DNA of 42,356 nucleotides from Balamuthia mandrillaris (lineage: Eukaryota), in contig JAVKOQ020000110.1 in the NCBI GenBank assembly GCA_031835245.2, positions 124,001 through 166,356 of the forward strand, in the 5' to 3' direction. Position numbers and translations under genes: made by a program. The notes below the pieces were generated by a model. The model ran no database searches and was not told the DNA's origin. It saw nothing but the letters and a program-made list of their open reading frames with translations. Shown one piece after another: positions 25,741 to 35,288 of this stretch (within the stretch, counting starts at the first letter, position 1; every line of letters starts with the position of its first letter).

Positions 25741-25781
25741 GGGGGTGGGGTGACGTCATTCGGGGAATTTAAAGGCCAATC
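25741..25781. promoter_or_regulatory. G-rich box, perfect CRE (TGACGTCA) and CCAAT upstream of the IPT gene
   Basis: GGGGTGGGG, TGACGTCA at 25751-25758 and GGCCAATC fall within 40 bp, about 350 bp upstream of the ATG. Confidence 0.4.
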
Positions 25782-25914
25782 GGGTTTATTTTTTGAATTT
25801 GAAGTGATCGGAAGTGAGATCAAGTATTTACAAAGCTACCCCTCAAGCAGTGAAGAGAAGAGAGAAGCAGAGAAGCAGAGAAGAGAACAGAGGAGAGAAG
25901 CAGCGAAGGAAGAG

Positions 25915-26751
25915 CTAATGATACGTGTTGTCGTGGTAGTAGTACTCCCCTCGGTTGGGTGCCCCATGGGTTCTATCCCTGTATATAACTTTGATAGCAA
26001 AGAAATACCGCGTTGTTAACTAACACATGTTGGTGATAAGAAACGATGGAAAGCAGAACCTACCGCCATCACGAATGGTGGTTCGAGGATAATTGGTATT
26101 CTCGAAAGTAACTGCCGATGTCAACAAAGAAAGTACAGCAAAAACTGGCTGTAATGCTCCACTTACGTCTAGTGTTATGATTTTTTTTGGGGGTTGGTTC
26201 ATTTAAATGTTCATTTTTTGGTTATAAGCGAAAGAAAACTAAACGTACATAAGAGACCAGTGAGAATGCCGCATAGGTGACCAAAGAAAGAAGCATTCGG
26301 TACTAATATTTGGATGAGCAGAAGCTCTACCCATGCCAACCATCTTGTCGGTACCGTGAATGGAAGAAACATTACACTATATTTGTTATTGGTGTTTTTG
26401 CGTAGGTTTAGAATGGGATAACAAGGAGGAAAGAGAGCAAGAAAGAGAGAATGAGAGAGAAAAGGAGAGCAAAGAACGAGTATGCAAAGAACAATACAAC
26501 AAAAAACATACGTAGAAGTAGGGGATGGCGAATGATAGGTGGCGACCACTTTCAAAGCGAACAGCACAGCAGAGAAGCCCACCGCGCACGAATAAAATGG
26601 CCCGGCAATGCCAAAGAACTCCATGAGAAGAAAGCTCCCTCCCACCATCATCACGTTGGATAGTATAACAAACAAGACTATCATCATAGCAAAGTGCTGT
26701 TTCGTTTTTTTAAAGTGAGTAAAGAAAGCGTAGAGAGAGCGTGAGAAAGAG

Positions 26752-26790
<39 letters not shown>

Positions 26791-27160
26791 AAAGGAGGAG
26801 AGGAGGAAGTGGGTACACTACAGGAGTGCCAAAGAGGGGCTCCAACAACACCCCTTTCCACAGGAAGGAGCTCATGTTGTAGTAGAGGTGCATGTCATCC
26901 ACGTGAAAGAACGAGGCCAACCAAAGCCGCTGCCACGCGCTGCCGGCCCCAAAGAGGCCCTCGGCCCACACGGCGGCGGAGCCGATGCAGACCTCCCCCA
27001 AGGAGACCTGGCGGACAAAGTAGTGAACAAAGACGTTGGCGGCGGCGAAGAAGAGGGTGCAAGGCGGTATGTTGTCCACGCCGATGCGTGCCACCTGCAT
27101 GAGCAGCAGAAAAAGGCCCATCTCGGAGGAGGACCGTCCTCCTCGTCTCTGTCCATACAT
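25915..27160 (-). CDS. RHBDD1: Rhomboid protease, RHBDD1/RHBDL4-like
   Basis: Motifs: IPPCTL, WQRLWLASFFHVDDMHLYYNMSSFLWKG..LE, CAVGFSAVLFALKV (catalytic Ser) and WVELLLIQILVPNASFFGHLCGILTG (catalytic His). Confidence 0.88.
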
Positions 27161-27357
27161 TTTTCTTTTTCTTTTTCTTTTTCTTCTTTTCATTTTTTTT
27201 TTGTTGGTTGGAAATAACACGTCATCGGATGACGTGGAATTTCCTTTCTTCGTTTTTTGCGGATATCAATGTCGACATTTATTTCTGCTGACATCAACTA
27301 TTATTTGGCGACAATTTTTCGTGTCGTCATGATGGATGAAATCAACCGGAAGAGACA

Positions 27358-27596
27358 ATGGAGGAAGAGGTGTGGGTGAGGGTGTTTGCCAATAGGAAGG
27401 ATGACAAAGGGGGCAACGCCGCGTTCGTGGAGTCTGCTCGCGTGGCGCTGCCGGTGGACTTTAGGGCGTTTTTGAAGGAGGCTGGTCGGCAGCTCCAGCT
27501 GACCGAAGAGCCGAAGTATGCTTTCACGATGCAAGGCGGTGAAGTGGAGTGCACTGAAGGTCGGACGTTGTTCTTGTCTTCGTTCTTCTTCTTCGT

Positions 27597-27631
<35 letters not shown>

Positions 27632-29914
27632 TCAACTTCTCTCATTCTCCATAAAAATAGAAGTATTTCACGACGACATTCTATTTATCTCCTGTGGCGA
27701 ACCGTTTGATCCTTCCGCTGCTTCTGCTTTCTCCACCATGCTCTCCACAGCAACGAACCCAGCCAACAACAAAGCTTCTGTCGTTGTGGACCGTCAAAAG
27801 GAATACCGGAAGCACGAAGCCACCATTTTGCAGCTGCAACCTCTCTTCCCCTCCCTCGCTCTCTCCGAGCTGTTGACGGTGGTCATGCAATGCTCTGGCG
27901 ACCTCGAGCGCTCCATCGACTATCTCCTTGTCTCCACCACAACGAATACCAAACAAGAAACAGAAGCAAGCATTTTACCTGAAGAGAAGGTGGTAAATAG
28001 AAGAACGGGAGAGGAGAAAGGAGAAGAAAAAGATGATGATGACGATGGAGGAGTGCAGCAAGTACAAGCGATATTACCGCAAGCAAATGTCAACCGGATT
28101 AAAGAGTTGCTTGCTGCTCACCATGGCGTAAGTGGCTTCTCTTTTTCTTCTCATGCCTATGCTTCTTTCCGTTAGTAACCGTTTCGCTTTTCTTCTTGTT
28201 TCGTGTTTGTGTTTGAACCACTGAAACAGGACGTAGATTTGGTAGTAACGCTGTTACTGGATGACCTTTGACACACAAGAACCGAAACAAAGGTTGGAGA
28301 GAGGAACAGCATTCTTTGCTCGGATGTATAAAGGAAAACGAAGAAACGAAGAAAAAGAAAGAGAATCTAATGTCATGTCGACGCGAAAAATGTCGACAGA
28401 ATTGAAAAACAAGGACGACGTGAGGATGCAAGAAGAGAAGGAAGCACTTGAGGCTGGAGAGCAACGAGAATGGGAGGCAGAGGAAGCGCTCATGGACCGC
28501 GTCCTCGACCAAAAGGAAATCGGGCTGGACCTCTCCGTCTTCTCTCGCTTGACCTCCGTCTCGCCGAAGCTCGGCCGCCTGACCTCCCTCCAATATCTGT
28601 ACATCATCAGCACACAGCTGAGCGCGCTGCCGCCGGAGATCGGCCGCCTCTCCAACCTGCTTCACCTCCACCTGCACTCCAACCGCCTCTCCCAGCTTCC
28701 CGACGAGCTCTTCTCCCTGCCCAACCTCCAAAACCTCTACCTTCGCCAGAACCTCATCCGCTCGCTGCCTTCTTCGCTCTCTCGGCTGACGTCACTCCGG
28801 AATTTGATCTTATCTAGGAATAGATTAGATCATTTGCCCCCTCAGGTCGGTTGCTTACCTAATTTGGAGCTCCTTTACGTCGATGATAATAGGTTGAGGG
28901 AATTACCGCCAGAAATCGGGCAGCTGAGCTCCTTGAAGAGGTTGAAGCTCAACGATAATATGTTGACGGAGGTGCCCAAGGAACTCGGCCGCTTGACCAG
29001 CCTCGTTCGTTTGTCCTTGGCCAACAACAGGTCTTCTTTTCTTTTTTATATTTGGTTTCTTCGTTGTTTCTTTCTTGCTACTTGTTTTTCGTTTGTTTCG
29101 TTCCGTGTTGTGTGTTGTTTTTGTTTTGTTTTGTTTTTTTTTTTAAAAATGTACATTCGCTTTTTATTTCTCTTGCGTTGTCTCTGTTTCTTCGCTTTGT
29201 TGTGTGCTGCTTTCGTCCTTCTGTTTCGTCTTTCTTGTAGTTTCTTTTTGCTGAATGCTCGTCGTTATAATAAAATTAACAATGCAAATAAATAACAGTA
29301 TATCTCGTTTGCCACCAGAGCTGGGTCCCCAAATGGACGAGCTAAAGGCCTTGTGGCTTGCCAACAACCAGCTCCAAGCATTACCATATAGTCTCGTTGA
29401 ATTGCTTGCGAGCACTTCTTGCTATCTCGACCTTGAGGGCAATCCTTGGGCTTCACCTCCTTCTCCTTCTGCTTCTGCTTCATCAACTACGTCCCCACCA
29501 TCTTCTTTTTTTAGAGTTTCTTCTTCGTCTGCTTCGTCGTCATCGTCTTCTTCTCAAGTTCGTTCTGCTCACTTTTTCATGACCTCATTGTTGGACTTAT
29601 GTCTAACTTGCGTCTCTCGTCAACGAGCAAACGCAAAACAATCAGCAACTTCAAAAAAAGAAGAAGAACAAGAACAAGAACAAGAAGAAGAGGAGGAGGA
29701 GGAAGAAGAGGAAAGAAGAGAAGTTCTTCCGATAGAACTAGAGGAGATGATATCATCCAACAAACGAACATGCTTCTACTGCAAACAACCTTTCTTTGGA
29801 GAAGAGAGAGTGCTTGTTCTTTACCACAACGTGCCTTTGGCAACAAAACACGTTGTGGCGGAGCGACGCTTTTGTACTCTTTCCTGTTATCGGCAGCATT
29901 CTTATTTACGTTAA
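27358..29914 (+). CDS. KHA/DCX-like ubiquitin-fold, 2x CUE and LRR protein with C-terminal BC-box and Cys motif
   Basis: N-terminus VRVFAN..LKEAGRQL..FTMQGGEV..DDILFISCGEPF. CUE-like segments LQPLFPSL..GDLERSIDYLL and VQAILPQ..GDVDLVVTLLL. About 10 LxxLxLxxNxLxxLPxxI repeats. Then TSLLDLCLTCV and CFYC..RRFCTLSC. Confidence 0.75.
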
Positions 29915-30056
29915 CGTTGGCGTCGGCTGCACGTGTATGTTTCTTCATTCTGCTCTTTTTCTTTCATTCAATGTACTTGTTTAACAAAAGTAGTTAACAA
30001 CGTTGCATTTTCTTTTACAGTTTTGCTTGTTCAAACACCACATATCAAACCATCCA

Positions 30057-31437
30057 TCAGGCAAAAACACGGTGCTCAATCACCTTGATGAAGCCGCTGA
30101 GCACATGCCCAGTTACGTCCACGCGTTGCTTTGGATACTGTAACATGTGTCCAAATCCGCCTGCTCCTCTTTTCTTCTTCGCATTCTTTCCTCCTTTTTC
30201 TGCTTTATCTTCCTTCCTTTGAACCATCAACAAGAAGTGAATGGCAATACCGCAACTCCTTTTCCACTTTTCTTTTCTTCTTCGTTCTTCCTCTTTTTCT
30301 CTTGCTTCTTCTCCTGATGGGGAACAAAGAACAAAGTAAGCATCCGCCAGTCCTTCCAAAGCACAAGCCACTTCCACGGTTGCCATTTCGCTTGGAGCCT
30401 GCGACACGCGCTCAAAGTATCCAACCCTCTCCACGATGTGGTCAAAGAGCTTCACCACAACTCTTTTCACTTCTTCTCTTTCTTCTTGCCCGTCTTTCAA
30501 CGTAGGAAGATGTTGGAACAGCGGAGCAGAGCTTTGACTGAACCAATTAGCAAAGAAGATGAGATGGTCGGAGGGGACTTTGCCTTGCAGGAACAACGAG
30601 CTATAAAAGGGATGAGCGCGTTGCACGGAGCGGAGGTACTTTTCATCTTTGGTTGCTTCGTACGTCGCCATCAAGGCTAACATTGCTTCTCCTGAAAAAA
30701 GACCATCAGAAACGAAAAAAGAGACGAAACAATAAATGAGAAGATAGAGGAGGAACAACCGGGATATAGAAGCACCGCACTCCCATCAGGCATCCCCTCC
30801 TCAAAGAACACTTTGTACGAGCCATCTCTTCTCTGTTGCTTCACAATTCCATTCGCTAATCCAACAGCTATCTCTCTTTCTCTTCGTCTTCGTCTCTCTC
30901 CTTCTGCTTTTCTTCTTCTCTCTCCTGTCTCTGCTTCTTCTTTGAACGTCAACAAACTCAGAATCATAAACGCGCTATGAGCTATCGAAGCCGGTTCTCC
31001 CAATCTTTCCGCGTCAAGCTGAAGTGGCGGTTCTTCCTCTTCTTCTGCTTCTTTCCCTTGTCGTGGCTTCTCCGAAGGGACAACAAAAGAAGGGACGTAA
31101 CGATCGATCCACGACCGAATCAACGGGTTGAGCTCTTGCGTTTGCAGGTAGCTGCCGAGAAGGGCAGTTTGATAGATGGCTCCGATGTCTCTTATAGGAC
31201 ACTGGTCACTCCTTTGTTTTGATTGAAAATTCAAATATTAAGTTCTTCTTCTTCTTTTTCTTCTTTCGTAAGTGTGTGAGAGAGAGAGAGAGCAACAAAC
31301 AGTCGGCCGAGGTCATGCACGGGATCGAACTCGTAATAAAGGCGATGGGAGGAAGGGTCCACCATATCTTTGGTCCATTGCCACATCGACCAAAGGCTCA
31401 CTCTTAATCGCTCTTCGGATACGAGTGGAACCTCCAT
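30057..31437 (-). CDS. Uncharacterised (alpha/alpha)6-toroid (six-hairpin-like) protein of bacterial type
   Basis: Motifs: YYEFDP, PIRDIGAIY, QQRRDGSY, YPGEAMLALMATYEAT..KYL, NWFSQ, ACALEGLADAY and GGFG..QRVDVTGHVLSG. Two GT-AG introns. The start is uncertain. Confidence 0.6.
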
Positions 31438-31903
31438 CCTTTCTTGTTCTTGTTCTTCTTCTTCTTCTTCCAGGTTGCTTCGTTGGTCTCCAAACAAATA
31501 TACAAAATGTAAACGGAGTTTTCACTGTTTCTTTTGTGAGATTGAATTTACTTTTCTTTCTCTTTTACAACCCGACGTAGAGAAACAACCGGTCCGTTCT
31601 GTCACGTCGTTTCGCGGCGAAAGCATTGTCCGTTGTTATGTCGGTCACTTCGTCAAGTCAACCCGCATTCTTCAAAATACACTCCACCGATATAGATTTC
31701 GTTGGATGTATATTGAAAGACATGTTTGGAATGTTTGGAATTTATGGCATGTCACGAATTTAGAATATTCTAATACCTATCATTCTCAGCGTTCCACAAA
31801 TTTTTTAAATTTTTGACTCTATATTAAATGCCGACAGAGCGTTACACGAACTGTTTCAGTGTTTCTCTTGTCTTTTCTTCCTCTCTGTGTGTGTGGTAAC
31901 AAA

Positions 31904-32923
31904 ATGGCAACAACACAAGGCACGAAGAGAGCTCGTTCCGAGGAGGAGGAGGAGGAGGTGGTGGTGAGTCCGCAAACCAAGGACAAAGAAAAGGAGGAGG
32001 AAGAGCAACAGGAAGAGGGAGCGACAAAGAAGGCCAGGTCCGAGGGAGAGAAAGCTGCCGCGGCTGCTGGCGTTCGGATCATAAGCTTGGACTTGAAGGG
32101 AGACTGCGTTACCCTTCTCAATGATGGCCTCGAAGACGTTGACCTGTCCGGCTGGATCCTCCAAAGCGTTACAGGCAACCAAAACTTTGTCTTTGAAGAG
32201 AAATTCACGCTAAAAGGTTTCTTTCTATTCACCTTTTTCTTATGAACTTTTTTGTTGTTTTGTAGTTTCACTTTTCATGTTTCAAAAAAAAAACCTGTCG
32301 AAACAAAAAAGCCGGAGGTAGCGTTACCATATGGTCCGGCGGAGCCAACGAGGCTCGTCACAACCCGCCTTCTTCCTTCTTCTGGACCAAGCGTTACATC
32401 TGGAACGACAAAGGGGACAAAGCTGTGCTCAAGAACGCCCAAGAGGAAGTGGTGGACGAGCGAACGGAACAGCCGCCCCCAAGTCGCCAGGAGCAGGTCA
32501 TCATTCAGTCGATGTTGCTGAAGGAAGAGTGTGTTGTCTTGTTGAACCATTCCTCCGAAGTTGTCGATCTTTCAGGTTCTTTCTTCGTTGTCGTATGCCG
32601 TTTTTTTTTCTCACGTTCTTTCAAAACATCAAAAAGGATGGTTCCTGAGGAGCGTCGTCGGAGACCAATACTTCCTCTTCGGAGGGCCCGATAGAGACTG
32701 TCAGTTGCAACCGGGTCAATCGGTGGCCATTTGGAGCGGTCGTCAGAGCGAGCCCCGTCACAACCCTCCCGCCTCCTTCCTCTGGACCAAGCGTTACATC
32801 TGGAACGACAAAGGGGATGCAGCTGCTATTTACAACAACAAAGGAGAGCTCGTGGACAAGCTTTATGTTTTCCCTGAAGATGCCATTCCGGCTACTGTAG
32901 AGCCGCCTGTGCGCAAGGCTTAA
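31904..32923 (+). CDS. Small protein with two tandem lamin-tail (LTD) domains and an N-terminal NLS-like/acidic region
   Basis: Two copies of (V/I)I.Sl.LK.(D/E)CV.LLN....VDLSGW.L.SV.G.Q.F.F..L..G.SV.IWSG...RHNPP.SF.WTKRYIWNDKGD.A...N...E.VD. Also KRAR and KKAR. Three exons. Confidence 0.85.
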
Positions 32924-32967
32924 GAATGGAATAGTTTTATTCCTTCGTTCATATGTTATCCCTCGAG

Positions 32968-33164
32968 TCTAACCCACCTTCACGCCACACTGTTGGCTGC
33001 AAACACTGCCGCATGGCCGCACTCGCTCCATCGTCATCCTGTTCCAGCTGCTGAAGCATTCACCCACTTTTGAGCCACTCCAACATCTCCACGTCCCCTC
33101 GGTTTGCTACCATCTCACAGACCCAATCATCTCCCCGGCCATAATAAAGGCCGTATCCTTTCAG
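32968..33164 (-). pseudogene. Degenerate 3' remnant of the ankyrin gene
   Basis: The frame continues past the TGA as LKGYGLYYGRGDDWVCEMVANRGDVEMLEWLKSG*, which is another ankyrin-like repeat. Confidence 0.55.
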
Positions 33165-34127
33165 TCATTGCAACACCGGCAGGTGTCCTCCCTCAGCTGC
33201 TGCCACGCAAACATTCCTTGGCCACAGCTCAAGCTGTCTGCTGTAGCTGTTAAGCGCTTCCTGTTGCTGGCAGCTGTAAATGTACTCCAGCATGGGAAGG
33301 TCTCCCCTCTCGGCTGCTGCCACGGGAGTGCACCAGTCCCAAGGGCATCCATTCGCTTTGCACCATTGCAACACCTCCAGGTGACCACCACGGGCGGCCT
33401 CCTCGCAGGCCCATTCGTCCCAGGGGCATCCTTTCTCTCGAAGCCACTGCAGCACCTCCAAGTGACCTCCTCTGGCTGCCATACAACAAGTTGCTCGTCC
33501 CCAAGGACAAACGAACTCTCCTTCCTCCTCTTCTTCTTCCTCTGTCAACAAAGAAGAAGAAGGAGAGCGAGCCCATTGAAGGACTTCCAAGTGGCCACCT
33601 TCAGCAGCCATATTACAAGTGCGAATGTCCCAAGGGCATCCTTTCTCCTCTCGCAGCCATCGCAGCACCTCCAAGTTGCCGTGGCGAGCGGCCATGGCGC
33701 AGCTGTTCTCATCCAGGGGGCAGCCGTTGGCGAGAGCCCATTGCTGGGCGGCCGGGCTGCTGCAGGCAAAGCCGATGGAGAGGCGGTGCCGAAGGCCAGC
33801 CGGGCAGCAGGCGAACCAGCGGCGACAGGCACGAGCCGCCACGGCAAGCATGCTGTCGGGAAGGTGATGAAAGATGAGGCAGAGCAACTCATCCGGAAGA
33901 GCTTCTATCCAACAGCACTCAAAGCCACTCGCCTTGATTTCACAACCATTGGCGGAGTTGGGTTGTTTTTGCTGCTGCTGCTGCTGTTTTTTGGTTGGAA
34001 GATGAAGGAAAGATGAAGCAGGTGTTGTTGTTGCTGTCTCCGCGCTGGTGTTCAACAAGTGCAGCCCTGTTCCTTCCTGGAGGAGGTTGCTTTCCTCTTC
34101 GTCCCTCCTTCTGCGTTTCATGTTCAT
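33165..34127 (-). CDS. Intronless F-box plus ankyrin-repeat protein (giant-virus/amoebal type), truncated by a premature TGA
   Basis: F-box ALPDELLCLIFHHL..AARACRRW. Repeats AA.GGHLEVLQWLREKGCPWD..TC. The ORF stops at VLQ*, where the repeat has W. Confidence 0.8.
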   Translation of the reverse strand: MNMKRRRRDEEESNLLQEGTGLHLLNTSAETATTTPASSFLHLPTKKQQQQQQKQPNSANGCEIKASGFECCWIEALPDELLCLIFHHLPDSMLAVAARACRRWFACCPAGLRHRLSIGFACSSPAAQQWALANGCPLDENSCAMAARHGNLEVLRWLREEKGCPWDIRTCNMAAEGGHLEVLQWARSPSSSLLTEEEEEEEGEFVCPWGRATCCMAARGGHLEVLQWLREKGCPWDEWACEEAARGGHLEVLQWCKANGCPWDWCTPVAAAERGDLPMLEYIYSCQQQEALNSYSRQLELWPRNVCVAAAEGGHLPVLQ

Positions 34128-34280
34128 ATTTTTTCTGCGTTACTTCACGACGACACGGAAGAATTTCACGACGACATGAAATTATATTTTCGGGACGACC
34201 CGGTTTCTGTCGACAAAAACTAAGAGTAAAGGAAGAAAAGAAAGAAAAGAGCAGCAGTGAACGCGGTCAAACAGGAAGCC

Positions 34281-35256
34281 ATGGCTGGGGCGGTGGCGGA
34301 AGCCACTGTGGAGCTCGTGAAGGCGCTGAAGAAAGGGAACAAAGGCCCCTGGTTCGTCCTCTCTCTCATCGACACGCTTCACCGGGGCTTAGAGGAGGAG
34401 ATGGAAGCCAAAGCCAAAGCCAAAGCTTCGGAAGGAGATGGAAATCATCCGAACCACAGCGACGACGACGACGACGATGAGGAAGGCGGTGAAGGAGCTC
34501 CACAACGACAGCAACGGGAGACGGACCACAGGAAAAAGAACAAGAAGAAACACAAACAAAAGAAAAAGAGGAAAGGCGGCATCAGCAGCAAGTGGCAGCG
34601 CCTCTTGGAGAACGGGAAGGATGAGGAGAGCGGCAACACTTTGCTGCATTTCCTTTGCCTGGCGGCCCAGTTTGGGGATAGGGAGAGGGCCACCTGCGTT
34701 GAGCGACTGTTGTTGCTGTCGGTTGACAACAACCACAATTCCGGTTTGTTACTTTTCTTTCTTTCTTGTCGCTTCTCTCTTTCCTGTAGTTTTTTTCTCT
34801 CTTTCTTGTCATAAGTTCTTGTTCTTCTTCTTCTTGTTCTTCTTCTTCTTGTTCTTCTTCTTCTTGCTCTTCTTGCTCTGCTTGTTCTTCTTCTTCTTCT
34901 TCTTCTTCTTCTTCTTCTTTTTCTTCTGTTGTCTTTCTTTCTTGTCGTTTCTTGTCGTTTCTTTCTTTCTTTCTTGTCGTTTCTTTCTTTCTTTCTTGCT
35001 TGCTTGCTTGTCGTTTCCTCTTCTTTTCATTTTGGCGGTTCCGTCACACTCGCTTTTGGTGTTCTGCTTTGTGTTTTGCTTATGACAAACAAAAAAAAAG
35101 ATGTATTGCCGAAAGTGTTGCGAGATCTCCCGCAGCAACTACATGCAAGGAATAAGCGAGATGAGAGCCCAATCTCCGCTGTTGTCGCTCGGGGAGACTT
35201 GGCTACGCTTCGGGTCATTCTTCTTTATTTACCAAAGGTTCTTTCTGTCTTCTTTA

Positions 35257-35288
<32 letters not shown>

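Noticed and set aside
33165..33167. TGA as reassigned Trp or selenocysteine
   Set aside because: TGA is the normal stop of other genes here (for example 6386, 7880, 21062, 30057, 38277) and Trp is TGG elsewhere. A nonsense mutation is simpler.
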